Of a DNA stretch of 64,000 nt, positions 11,966 to 24,789 are shown piece after piece (within the stretch, counting starts at the first letter, position 1; each line of letters begins with the position of its first letter). The stretch is from Octopus vulgaris (taxonomy: Eukaryota), in the NCBI GenBank assembly GCA_951406725.2, contig OX597815.1:179118001-179182000 (forward strand). The letters run 5' to 3'. The notes under the pieces were generated by a model, which saw only the letters and a program-made list of their open reading frames with translations, was not told where the DNA came from and ran no database searches. The translations under genes were made by a program, and so were the position numbers.

Positions 11966-11968
<3 letters not shown>
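11755..11968 (+). mobile_element. Penelope-like pLTR/3' segment ending in (TA)n
   Basis: Homologous to 26225-26413, 36300-36500 (which lies next to a PLE RT fragment) and 60540-60750. Contains a hammerhead variant. Confidence 0.65.
11831..11868 (+). ncRNA. Minimal hammerhead variant (CUGUUGA core)
   Basis: TCTTT-CTGTTGA-A-GAGC-gtag-GCTC-GAAA-CG-TT-AAAGA. Confidence 0.55.
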
Positions 11969-12036
<68 letters not shown>

Positions 12037-12037
<1 letters not shown>

Positions 12038-12154
12038 TAGCTGGTCCCGTGCCGTCAAAAATGACGACTAATTGTAGCATTTTAGTATTTTGTACATAAA
12101 AAGGGTACAAAACGGTGGAAAAAGAAATCAAACAGCACTTAAACTCTGTGTGAG

Positions 12155-12208
<54 letters not shown>

Positions 12209-12505
12209 TGTGTGTGCGCGTGTGTGTGCATGTGTATACATTTATGTGTATGTGTAAATGCGCGTGTGTCTGTAATTATATTTTCTGTGTATCTTTCTAA
12301 ATAAACATACGCAAACACATATACACTCACTCAAATATTTTATTTTAATATATTTTACACACACACACAAACATTCACATTATCATAACAGCCAATGTGT
12401 GTAGCCAATTCGCTATACATATACACGCACAGACGCCGTTCAGTTTGTCATCGTCAGTCATCTTTTGTGATGGACAAAAACACAACAGGATTATATATTA
12501 GTAGA
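12037..12505 (-). mobile_element. Non-autonomous Helitron
   Basis: Minus strand starts A|TCTACTAATATATAA and ends with hairpin gtcgtcatttttgacggc ~10 nt before CTAG|T. Inserted at an AT site with no TSD. Confidence 0.85.
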
Positions 12506-13129
12506 TGATTGCGTACATTTTAGCTGAGTTTTAGATAATCCGTAAGGTTCCTGCATGTATTGATATGATTTATAAGGAAAAAAAAAGGGAGATATTCACT
12601 CCATCGCCAGATGAAATTTTTTAAGGAAAGCAAAGACAACGGTATGTCAGTGTGAGTTTCACGATAACTTTTTGGTTTTGTTTTTAGGGAATTCCTCAGA
12701 GCAATTTGTAGGAGAAGCAGAAGAGATTGTCTTTTAGCAGCTTGTTCAGTTGTTGCTTCTGTTTTTTGCTGATTCAGCTGTCATTGGCGTTAATTTCTTC
12801 TTTGTTGTTTTTGTTATTGCTGTTGATATCAATGGTGTTTTGATTTAGAGCTCCAGTTTTTTACGAAACGACAGGAAGCCTGAGACAGTTAGTACTTTAT
12901 GCTTTACACTTAGTGGTGATATGGTTTACATACCTTAACTATGGAACTATTTCTGGAAATTTTACAAAGTTGTACGGTGATTAATACCTCAGACTAAAAG
13001 TCCGGAAATATAAAGGCGAAACTAATTCGTATAAAGAGTTATATATCAGTCAGTCTATCCTGAAACCTTTAGTCGATATACTAAACCATAGAAATCGATG
13101 ATGCAAGTGCCATGGGATGACAATAAACC

Positions 13130-13360
13130 ACTTTTGATAAGGATATCCTAAAGTTGAATGACAAGATAAACAGCTGAACAACTTTGTAATAGAGCTTAAG
13201 TTTAGCAGAGACATTTGCGCAGCATTCGGTTTAGATAAAGGCATCAAGGTGAATAAAAAGCTGGAATCTTAAGCAATAAAAGAGTTTGTTAAAATGATAA
13301 AATGCAAGAATAGAATACAAAATGCAGTAATGAAAGAGGTCAGAAAGGATTTATATTTTA
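13130..13360 (+). mobile_element. Highly degraded R4/Dong-like RT fragment
   Basis: FSRDI..FGLDK resembles FSVDIRIEFGLRK in the 57027-58900 element. Confidence 0.45.
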
Positions 13361-13524
13361 TGCTGAAGGCCACCCACGGGCTGTCTGAGTGATAAGTTAG
13401 TAATATTCTTAACTTCAATTAAAATGATTAGGCATCATTGGAAAAGACTATCAAAGTTACTGATTGTTTTTAGGAAAACGAGAAGGCAGAGGACTTTGGT
13501 AATTATAAGACTAGCATAAAATAT

Positions 13525-14272
13525 CGGTTTCAAATTTTGGCACAAAGTCAGTAATTTGGGGGGAATGGGGTGGGGTAAGCTAATTACATTGACCTCCAGT
13601 GCTCAACTGGTAATTACTTTACCGACCCCAAAAGGATGAAAGGCAAAGTCAACCTCGGCGGAATTTGAACGCAGAACATTAAGACGGACGAAATGCCGTT
13701 AAGCATTTTGTCCGGAGTACCAATGATTCTGCCAGCTCGCCGCTGTAGATTCTTTTCTACTCTAAGCACAAATTTTTGGGGAGGGAGCCAGTCGATTAGA
13801 TCGACCTAAGTACGCAACTGGTATTTAATTTATCGACCCCAAAAGGATGAACGGTAAAGTCGATCTCGGCGGAATTTGAACTCAGGACGTAACGGCAGAC
13901 GAAATACCGCTAAGCATTTCGCCCAGGGTGCTAACAATACTGCCAGCTCGCCGCCTTTCGCCGCCTTTCGCCGGTGTAGATTAATAAGATACCTATTTCT
14001 TTACTGCCCACAAGGGGCTAAACACAGAGGGGACAAACAAGAACAGACAAACAGAATAAGTCGATTATATCGACCCCAGTGCGTAACTGGTACTTATTTA
14101 ATCGACCCCGAAAGGATGAAAGGCAAAGTCAACCTCGGCGGAATTTGAACTCAGAACGTAGCGGCCGACGAAATACCTATTTCTTTACTACCCACAAGGG
14201 GCTAAACATAGAGGGGACAAAGTATTTCGCCCAGAGTGCTAACGATTCTGCCAGCTCGCCGCCTTTCGCCGG
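13525..14272 (-). mobile_element. Cluster of tandem SINE family C copies
   Basis: Three repeats of cgacccc..aaaggatgaa..aaagtc..ctcggcggaatttgaac. Confidence 0.85.
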
Positions 14273-14726
14273 TGTAGATTAATAAGATACTAACTTTGTG
14301 AAACTACCAAAATATCTGGCATAGAATAAAAAGAAGCTAAAAAAAATAAATGGCAGACAAAATATGAACAAAGCAACGTAATCTGTTTTCTGTCTTGAGG
14401 GAAGTTCACACACGGAAAACAGAGGTTAATGTAATAGAGATAGATCTTCCTTCCCAGCAGAAACTAACTGAAAGACAAACAAACAATGAAGCAGTCCAGA
14501 AAAAGTAATTCTAAAATAAGTGAGAAGAATCAATCAATCATAGAATTTCTGGCAACCTAATTTCACATACATACATACATACATACATACATACATACAT
14601 ACATACATACATGCGTACATACATACACACATGCATACATACATACAAACATACATACATACACACATACATCATAGATACATTATAGATATATACGTAC
14701 ATCTTCATCTTTTGTGTTTTTTTTTT

Positions 14727-14940
14727 ACTTATTTCAGTCTTTAGGCTGCGACCATGCTGGGGCACCGCCCTGCAGAATTTTAGTCGAACGAATCGACCTT
14801 AGTACTTTTATTCTTTTTATGCTCGGTACTTATTCTATCTGTCTCTTTTACCGAACCGCCAAGTTACGGGGACGTAAACAAACTAACAACAGTTGTCAAG
14901 CGGCGGCGAGTGACACAAGGCGCGTGCGTACAGACACACA
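14727..14940 (-). mobile_element. SINE family B, 3' half
   Basis: ccatgctggggcaccgcc..ccgaaccgccaagttacggggacgtaaac. Confidence 0.75.
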
Positions 14941-15027
14941 CGCTCGCATACATACATATATATATATGTATATATACAATATATATACAATATATATATA
15001 TACAATATATATACAATATATATATAT

Positions 15028-15076
<49 letters not shown>

Positions 15077-15086
15077 TCTCTCTCTC

Positions 15087-15917
<831 letters not shown>

Positions 15918-15927
15918 TTATATATAT

Positions 15928-16457
15928 AACGGAAAAAATTGGAGTCAACAAGATGGAGTACGGCTGGACATTTTATCTTTTAATCGCTACAATTGTTTCC
16001 ACGTAACAAAGTTCTCCGGATGTGCTGCTACTTGATTATGCAACCGCTTCCCAGCATTATGAGATCTAGGTGTGTTTCCTCAGACGATATGTAAAATACT
16101 GTCTCCGTATGTTAAAAATCTCGGCTTCAATAACATCCTCTCTGTCTGTCGTGGCCTAAATTCTGTAGTAGTCACTGAGATTATCAGGGAGTATTATTGC
16201 TGAAGTGCCGTTTGCAGACTGCTTTGAATGAGTAGATGTTGTGGGAGGGCGCATCTGCTACTGTTAAAGTAGTTGCCGGTTTAAAAGGGTTGGCATTTGA
16301 TTTCTTTGTAACGCAACTAGATCTCATAGTGCAGGAAAGCAGTTACATAATCAAGTAGCTGCTCACCTGGAGAGCTGCGTTGCGCGGAAACAATTGTAGT
16401 GATTAAAAAATAAATGTCCAACCGTACTCCTTCTTGTTGACTCCAATTTTTTCAATT
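15928..16457. mobile_element. Penelope-like inverted pLTR pair (diverged arms 15928-16070 and 16317-16457)
   Basis: aaaattggagtcaacaaga..tacaattgtttcc.. versus ..ggaaacaattgta..tcttgttgactccaatttt. Confidence 0.65.
15983..16088 (-). ncRNA. Type I hammerhead with very long stem II
   Basis: Minus strand: ATCGT-CTGAGGA-[77 nt]-GAAA-CAATTG-TA-GCGAT. Confidence 0.6.
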
Positions 16458-16790
16458 ATCTCTTCCCACACGAATGATGCCCAAACGCAAATCTGGAGGT
16501 ACGTATAAATGCTACTACTGGATAGCCCAAGGTAAGTCTGAAGTTGGACGCGCTTTATACTGTACGCTACTACGTTCTTAATAGAATATACCATAACTAT
16601 ATATATATATATATAGATAAGAAAGTTTGTTTGGTAAAGCACGTGGGTGAATATATAAGAAAATAGTAAAGTGTGAAAAAACGACAGAAGGCTTAAATGT
16701 TAAAAAATATATATATTTGTGTCAAAATGTCTGGAGAATATTGGAAAATTTTTTTCCTTTCCTTAAAATGACATAATTTTAAAATTTTTA

Positions 16791-16830
16791 AAGAAATTAC
16801 CGGTTTCGCGTGTAGCTTTTCAAATTTCTT
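16791..16830 (-). ncRNA. Hammerhead ribozyme, U3-A8 covariant core
   Basis: Minus strand: AAGAAAT-TTGAAAA-GC-tacac-GC-GAAA-CCGG-TA-ATTTCTT. Confidence 0.75.
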
Positions 16831-16964
16831 GTGACGTTATGTTTATATTGCATGGAATTATCGTTGTTTTTATTTCCAGGAGATTTCTAAATAAGGGGAG
16901 GTAGTGAGTGATTTTTTCCGGTGTAGGGGAGATAATCGCTTAAAAATTTTTTTCCTTTTCCTTG

Positions 16965-17303
16965 TTAATTTCTCTGTGTCAGTATGTTCGGATGGTTGAG
17001 TCTGGGTTTGTACTTTTCAATGAAGAATGTTTCCTTGTTCAGTCTCATTTGTGTTGATGATCCGAAAGCACATTGGTAAAATGGGAAGATTAAAAATTGT
17101 GGCAGTAGTTGCTTTGCGCATTTCTCAATGTGCTCACTAAAAGGTATCATTCTATATTCTGGGAATGCAATCTGTTGTCGATGCAGTGTGCATCTGCGCC
17201 TGAGTGATAGTCCCGTGGAACCCACGTAGTCTTGGTGGCAGCCCGAGCATTTAATAACATAAATTATGTTTTCAGAGGCACAAGTAAAGTTAGATTTGAT
17301 ATG
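16965..17303 (-). pseudogene. GIY-YIG endonuclease domain fragment of a Penelope-like element
   Basis: Open frame HIKSNFTCASENIIYVIKCSGCHQDYVGSTGLSLRRRCTLHRQQI..SEHIEKC..RLNKETFFIEKYKPRLN, with IY/YVG motifs, C-x2-C, conserved His and terminal P-x-LN. Confidence 0.9.
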
Positions 17304-17593
17304 CGCAAAGCAACTACTGCCACAATTTTTAATCTTCTCAATTTATCAATGTGCTTTCGGATCATCAACACAAATGAGACTGAACAAGGAAACATTCTTC
17401 ATTGAAAAGTACAAACCCAGACTCAACCATCCGAAAATACTGACACAGAGAAATTAACAAGGAAAAGGAAAAAAAAATTTTTAAGCGATTATCTCCCCTA
17501 CACCGGAAAAAATCACTCACTACCTCCCCTTATTTAGAAATCTCCTGGAAATAAAAACAACGATAATTCCATGCAATATAAACATAACGTCAC

Positions 17594-17633
17594 AAGAAAT
17601 TTGAAAAGCTACACGCGAAACCGGTAATTTCTT
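17594..17633 (+). ncRNA. Hammerhead ribozyme, U3-A8 covariant core (inverted copy)
   Basis: aagaaat ttgaaaa gc tacac gc gaaa ccgg ta atttctt, with a 7-bp stem I. Confidence 0.75.
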
Positions 17634-17904
17634 TAAAAATTTTAAAATTATGTCATTTTAAGGAAAGGAAAAAAAATTTTCCAATATTCTCCAGACATTT
17701 TGACACAAATATATATATTTTTTAACATTTAAGCCTTCTGTCGTTTTTTCACACTTTACTATTTTCTTATATATATATATAAATTAATAAATATATATAA
17801 ATTGATAAATATCCAGGTAGGAAAAATTTTTAGATTTTTTTATGCGCCCAGTGGCCTAGCATGTAGAAAACTAGTCATTAGACTATATATTATTCATATA
17901 AATA

Positions 17905-18163
17905 CAGTGTACATTTAAACACATGTGAGATGACCATCATAGAACACCTAGCACGCTAGAAAGAGTAGCCAAAATTCAAACCACTATTAGGGATAAATTT
18001 CGAAGAGAAGGAAAAATAAAAACATTTACCATCTACCTCCTGGATCATAGTATTATTTTTCATTCCCTCCGAAATTTATCCCTGATAGTAGTTTGGATTT
18101 CGGCTACTCCTTCTAGCCTGCTAGGTGTCCTATGATGGTCACTTTTATGTGTTTAAATGTACA

Positions 18164-18166
<3 letters not shown>
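17905..18166. mobile_element. Foldback element, MITE-like (CAGTG...CACTG flanked by TA)
   Basis: ta|cagtgtacatttaaacacat ... atgtgtttaaatgtacactg|ta. Imperfect arms of ~115 bp. Confidence 0.65.
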
Positions 18167-18203
<37 letters not shown>

Positions 18204-18237
18204 ATGTGTGTGTGCATGTATGTATATATACATGCGG

Positions 18238-18286
<49 letters not shown>

Positions 18287-18894
18287 GAGTAGGCAGTGTA
18301 GGTAGGCTTGACAGATAAAAATCGAAGTCCATACACAGAAATAAGAGTGTGTATATATATATATGTAAAGATATACCAATGTGTAAATACATACATGTCC
18401 ATATTGATGTGTGTGTGTGTGTGTGTATAATTATATATACATACTTATATGTATATACCAATATATATATATATGTATATATACATGAATATATGGGTAA
18501 ATATAGATATTTCTATGTGGCACCAATTGAAAGAACGTATGTATGTATGTATTATAGATGGGTAAAGGCGAATAAATCTCTTCAGCTATGATAAGAATTT
18601 TAATGACTATTAAACGACTATGTTCGGTAGCAGGATAAATGAAATTAAGTTTTACGAGCGGACTGACAGGCAAATGCATATCTTGCTGGGGTAAACTGAT
18701 CACCATAGGTCATCTGAAGAAAAAAATATAGTTACAGTCAACAGAGATAACAGATGTGTCTAGTCTATAATATGAGATAAAAAAAAAACAGAGACAAACT
18801 CACGGCAGATTAAAAAGACGGAATGTTAGTTTTGATCTAGACACTGGAATTTTTATTTTAGCTTCCATCAACGAATTTTGGTCTATTTGGTTTA

Positions 18895-19121
18895 CTCTTT
18901 ACTCTTTACTCTTTTACTTGTTTCAGTCATTTGACTGCGGCCATGCTGGAGCACCGCCTTTAATCGAGCAACTCGACCCCGGGACTTATTCTTTTGTAAG
19001 CCCAATACTTATTCTATCGGTCTCTTTTTGCCGAACCGCTAAGTAAGGGGGGACATAAACACACCAGCATCGGTTGTCAAGCAATGCTAGGGGGACAAAC
19101 ACAAACACACAAACACACACA

Positions 19122-19161
<40 letters not shown>

Positions 19162-19335
19162 TATACATATATACGACGGGCTTCTTTCAGTTTCCGTCTA
19201 CCAAATCTACTCACAAGGCTTTGGTCGGCCCGAGGCTATAGTAGAAGACACTTGCCCAAGGTGCCACGCAGTGGGACTGAACCCAGAACCATGTGGTTGG
19301 TAAACAAGCTACTTACCACACAGCCACTCCTGCGT
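18895..19335 (-). mobile_element. SINE family B, full length
   Basis: Near-identical to the reverse complement of 42007-42456. Confidence 0.9.
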
Positions 19336-19839
19336 TTGTAATTTGTATTTTTATTTTTTTACAGCCATCAAACAGATAGACAAACAGACAGACACACATA
19401 CACACACGTGCGCTTGTTTGCACACACACACACATGCATAATTTGGTATTTGTAACTTGTGCAGCCTTGAATCACTGAGTTACTCGGTAAAGAAACTATG
19501 CTTGTTACGCAAAGGCATACAAAGGGATGTGAAACTGAACGAGATCCAGCAGTACTTTCAAAGCAACACACCTGATGACGTTCCGGCACACAGCTGCTAC
19601 TGGGTCATACTTATTTATGTAATTATTTATAATAGTATGATACTGAAAACTCAGCAACTAACAGCTGTCACCACTGCACCGAAACAATTGTATGTTGTAA
19701 TTAAAACCTGTTCTAGTGGTAGAAACATCTTTATAAATTTATGTTTTTATTTCACTATATACTTCTTATTTACTTCCTTTTCCAAAATAATTCCTCATAT
19801 TGAACTCTAATATTTCCCTCTATTTAACCATCTCACATC

Positions 19840-19887
19840 GTCTCTGACGAAGGGATATCCCTAATATCCCAGAAACAGCTGTAAGAC
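19840..19887 (+). ncRNA. Canonical-core minimal type I hammerhead ribozyme
   Basis: GTCT-CTGACGA-A-GGGATAT-cccta-ATATCCC-A-GAAA-CAGCTG-TA-AGAC. Predicted cut after GUA at 19883. Confidence 0.85.
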
Positions 19888-19952
19888 TAACTTTATCTTT
19901 ATAAACGTCCTGAAAATTCCACACAACCTTAGCTTTGTTGTCTCATTTTATT

Positions 19953-20015
<63 letters not shown>

Positions 20016-20224
20016 CATATAGAAAGAGAAAAGATGAAAAGACACAGAAGATTTGTTTTACAGGATTTAAGAATATATTAGAGCCATAATAATAGTCATA
20101 AACACGTTATGCAATCACGGTGCGTAATAAGACTCTGATCAATGGAATGATAAAAGTAATAATGGTTTCAAATTTTGGCACACTGCCAGCAATTTCCTTG
20201 GAGGGGGAAGTCAATTATATGATA

Positions 20225-21540
20225 CAGAGAAATGATATCCGTAGTTTCGAAAGTAAGTAAAGATAGCACCAAAATTGGAAAGCCCTTGGACCAGATGGGA
20301 TCCAAGGGTTTTGAATAAGACATCTGAAATCCTTAAGCGGCCTAATAGGGATGTATAAATGAATGTATAACAGAAGAAAGAATACTAAAATGGACTGTTG
20401 AAAGGCGAATAACTTTGATAATGAAAAGCAGTGGGAAATTATCTGTTTTAGAAGTTATAGCTGACATTTTTCCGAGAAATCATTTGATAATTTGATGCAG
20501 ATCAAATTACTACCAATTGAACAGAGTGTGGCACAGGAAATACACAAAAATCTCCCAAAGACCATTTGATAATTGACAATAGGATAATGTGGAACTGCAA
20601 ACGACGACTGACTAATCTGTGTATGGCATGGATCGACTTCAAAATGCCTACGGCATGTTGCCGCAGCTCATTCTTCGACTGTGGAGTCACGTAGAATGAT
20701 TAGAATAGCTGAATGCCTTATGACCATTCTCAGAGCTAATTCTCTGATTTAGCTATTCTTAATGGATGATTTAAAATTGTTTTCAAAGAAAAATAGTTCA
20801 GTTCTCTTATTAAACGGTAACAGTGCATCGAAGTTACATTGGAATGAAGCTTTGGTGTATGAGAATGTACGACATTTACTACGAAGAGAGCGAAGAGAGC
20901 TGATATTAATGAAATAATCTCATCGCAAGAACGAGATGGCAATTGATAAAAGTATCTAGGCATACAGAATGATATTATGCATAAGGAAATAAAGGAAATA
21001 GTGATATTGTGAATGATATTATTCATAAGGAAATGAAGGTAACATAAAAGCTTGTATTGAAGAATAAACTTAATTCAAGGAATTTGATAAATATGATCAA
21101 CGCATGGATGGTCACAGTCGTGCGATGGAGAGGACAGAAATAGGGAATTAGATGAGAGATGAAACGCGAAAGGAAATCTTATTTATGCATGGAGTGCTTC
21201 GTTCGCAGGCGAACATTAGTGGTTTATTGATGAAACGGAAGATTTTGAGGGGGAGGAACTTATTAGCTTTTCAGATCGTGCGGATGGAAACCAGAAGTCG
21301 GTTTATAAAGATGTTTATTCCACGGCCCCAACAAACAAGTGTCACCTTTGTGATCAGCGAGTGGAAAATATTGATCATATTTGTGGTAGGTTGAAAAATG
21401 CGACTGGCAGGATATGCTTTCGCTCAATTTATACGGGTTTCTTTGTAAAAAAAACAAAAAAACTATGAACAAAAATCGCCCTTCGACAAGTGATAGAATC
21501 AGGCAACAGAAACGGTTTTGAATGAACCGGGAAAACTAAC
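20225..21540 (+). mobile_element. Degraded R4/Dong-like non-LTR retrotransposon RT region
   Basis: NWKSP/PDGIQGF, NLCMAWIDF and MDDLKLF motifs recur in frameshifted form and parallel 57027-58900. Confidence 0.7.
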
Positions 21541-21581
21541 AATTCTGACATCCCTCCCACCCACAATAAGCAAAAACACTA

Positions 21582-21712
21582 AGGCGTGGTTGTGCGGTAA
21601 GTGATTTGCTTCTGAAATACATGATTCCGGGTTCGGTCCCACTGCGTGATACCTTCGGCAGGTGTCTCCTACTACAGCCTCGAATCAGCCAAAGCCTTGT
21701 GAAGCCTATCGT
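21582..21712 (+). mobile_element. SINE family B, 5' half
   Basis: ggcgtggttgtgcggtaag..gggttcggtcccactgcgtg. Confidence 0.75.
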
Positions 21713-21717
21713 ATATA

Positions 21718-21795
<78 letters not shown>

Positions 21796-21864
21796 TATAT
21801 AACATTATTACTCACAAGAGATGATAATATTAGTGGTCGCATGCATAAACCTGTATAGGCAAAA

Positions 21865-21908
<44 letters not shown>

Positions 21909-21920
21909 CACACATACATA

Positions 21921-22119
21921 CACAATCAGGGCACTAATAAGCACCAGCTTAGCTAAAAATAGGAGTCATAAACATTCCGAATTTACAAGAATTAATACTA
22001 TATTTTAGAGGCATGGTTCACTTATTTCTTTTTCAAAAATGCCACTAAAAATTTAGTGTTAATTCGGAGTGTTTATGACTACTATTTTTAGCTAAGCTGG
22101 TGCTTCTTAGTTCCCTGAT

Positions 22120-22123
<4 letters not shown>
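21921..22123. repeat. Foldback element between microsatellites
   Basis: cacaatcagggcactaataagcaccagcttagctaaaaatag.. versus ..ctatttttagctaagctggtgcttcttagttccctgattgtg, with a ~24-nt loop. Confidence 0.85.
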
Positions 22124-22164
<41 letters not shown>

Positions 22165-22166
<2 letters not shown>

Positions 22167-22543
22167 GCACTCCGTCGGTAACGATGATGAGGGTTCCGGT
22201 TGATCCGAATCAACGGAACAGCCTGCTCGTGAAATTAACGTGTAAGTGGCTGAGCACTCCTCAGACACGTGCACCCTTAACGTAGTTCTCGGAGATATTC
22301 AGCGTGACACAGAGAGTGACAAGGCCGGCCCTTTGAAATACAGGTACAACAGAAACAGGAAGTAAGAGTGAGAGAAAGTTGTGGTGAAAGAGTACAGCAG
22401 GGATCACCACCATCCCCTGCCGGAGCCTCGTGGAGCTTTTAGGTGTTTTCGCTCAATAAACACTCACAACGCCCGGTCTGAGAATCGAAACCGCGATCCT
22501 ATGACCGCGAGTCCGCTGCCCTAACCACTGGACCATTGCGCCT

Positions 22544-22546
<3 letters not shown>
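22165..22546 (-). mobile_element. SINE family A, full length
   Basis: Reverse complement of the 5669-6050 type. Confidence 0.9.
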
Positions 22547-22627
<81 letters not shown>

Positions 22628-23619
22628 CTCTGTGTGTGTGTGTAAGCTGACATATGTAGAAGCGCATTCCTCGATGTAAGTGTTCCAGCTTTTTATTTCA
22701 GATAAAACCATATCTAAGACTATATTGTCCAATATTTATTTAAGACGAAATGGTGTTATCTGAAGCCGATTTGACGGCTGTATCTAAATCGTATGCTTCG
22801 AAATAAAAACGAAAACACCATCATAGTGTAATTCTCAATCCCTAACTCACTCTTGCTTATTCTGATTATCTTTCAATCGGTTTATCTCTCTCCACGCTCC
22901 AATTTTATATTCGTTCGATGAGTTCAGTTGAACGAAACATTCTACCGTTTGTCATGAAGCATTAATATAATATATAAAATTAATATATACTCACACACAC
23001 GCAGATGTACACAGATGCGTGCGTGTGTGTAAGTATGTTTGCTTATGTGTGTATGTGTTTGTATATACACGTGTGAAAAAGGTCCATCGAGTGGCGTCAC
23101 TTTAGGCCAAAAACGTAACTAGCCATTCGTTAAATGAATAGCAATGCAACAGACACTAGACTACAATGTATTCGGATCGATATAGCAGACTAAAACCCTT
23201 AAAGGCGTTGCCTCGGTCATCGCTGACCAATAACAGAAACCAATGAATAACTAACGCGATAAAAACACGACAAAAGAGCGAAGAGAATTTATGGATAATG
23301 AGAAGAACAATACAACTTTTGTACCAACGTTTCTTGCGAATATCCATTGATATTGTTTTGTTCTCCTTAATGTTAATCGATATCAGTTTTCTAAATTGAT
23401 CGATCTTCTTCCTCAAGTAAGCAAAACAACCGGTGTTTTGTTTTGTTTTGTTTTTCTTTAAATATTTAATGATATGACTAAAGATTTCTAATGGTGACTT
23501 TTTTTCTCTTTTTCTGCTTTTTTTTTCAGTTAGCGAATTCGGTTTTCATCGGTTTTTTGGGTGGTTTATCTTTTGGACGAGCAGTTTGTGGTGATTTGAA
23601 TGGCATTATACACTTTAGC

Positions 23620-23688
23620 GACAACAACAACAACAACAACAACAGCAACAGCAATTGCTACTGCAGCTGCAGCTGCTACTGCTAGTGC

Positions 23689-23737
<49 letters not shown>

Positions 23738-23899
23738 CAGCAGCACCACCACCACCAGGTTACACTTTGTGAGCAAGAATGAGATCAGTACGGCGTCATC
23801 GTTTTTCTAGAGAATAAAGGTCGAGCGTCTTCAGCCTTTCTTCATAAGACAAATGCTTGAGACCAAGAACCTTGCGGGTAGCCAGCTTCTGGACTCTTT

Positions 23900-23964
<65 letters not shown>

Positions 23965-24209
23965 TACTACTGCTTTTACTAACACCACCACCACCACCAC
24001 CACCACCTCTGCTACTACTACTAATACTACCACCACCACCATTACTACTACTACCACCACCACCACCACCACCATCACCACTACTACTACTACTACCACT
24101 ACAATTACTATTACCACCAACACCTCTACTACTACTACTACTACCACCACCACCACCCAGCATTAGCACCACCACCAGCATTAGCACCACCACAACAACA
24201 ACAACAACA

Positions 24210-24250
<41 letters not shown>
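23620..24250. repeat. Compound trinucleotide microsatellites (CAA, CTA, CCA)
   Basis: Direct inspection. Confidence 0.95.
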
Positions 24251-24252
<2 letters not shown>

Positions 24253-24789
24253 TCCTTATGCTCTTTCTCATCCTTTCGCCTGAACCACATAACTAACTGG
24301 ACACTACTTGAAGATTTTGTTTTCATGTGATGTATCACATGCAAGCTATTTTCGCAGAAATCCAGTCCTTCTCCAGATTCTAAACACGAATCGAATCGAA
24401 GCGAGGAAGACGCTCATTAGTTTTTCTAGTGTTTACGTGTTTACAGCGGTGAACTTCTGCTGTAGACATTGGCCGCTGCTTATTGCCAGGTTCAAGTACC
24501 GAAGCCAGTGGTGGCGGCGTCGTAGCTCAGCACATCTGAAGTGCAGCTACCGGTGGATATCGAATTAGTTGGCAGTGACATTCTGTGTTGTTTCATAGGT
24601 CACTGTTAGACTAAGTACGAAAAAGTAAAAAAAAGACGAATAGTCTATAGACGCAGACATGGATGTGTGGTTGGGGTACTGGATTCCCACTTACAGGGTG
24701 CTGGATTCGTTCTATACTGTGATAATTGTCCAAGGGGATTCCGTCACCCGCGAAGAATATCACAGCAGATGCATTATAGTATCAAACAT

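Larger units (their letters stand above)
16651..17774 (-). mobile_element. 5'-truncated Penelope-like element with 5' inversion (near-identical arms 16651-17121 and 17301-17774)
   Basis: Contains a GIY-YIG fragment and a hammerhead in each arm. Ends lie at TA runs. Confidence 0.9.

Noticed and set aside
13525-14272. CRISPR-like regularly spaced repeats
   Set aside because: These are tandem SINE copies in eukaryotic DNA, with no unique spacers of constant length and no cas genes.
23831-24296. Poly-T/L/P/V/G/S ORFs
   Set aside because: These are trinucleotide microsatellites.
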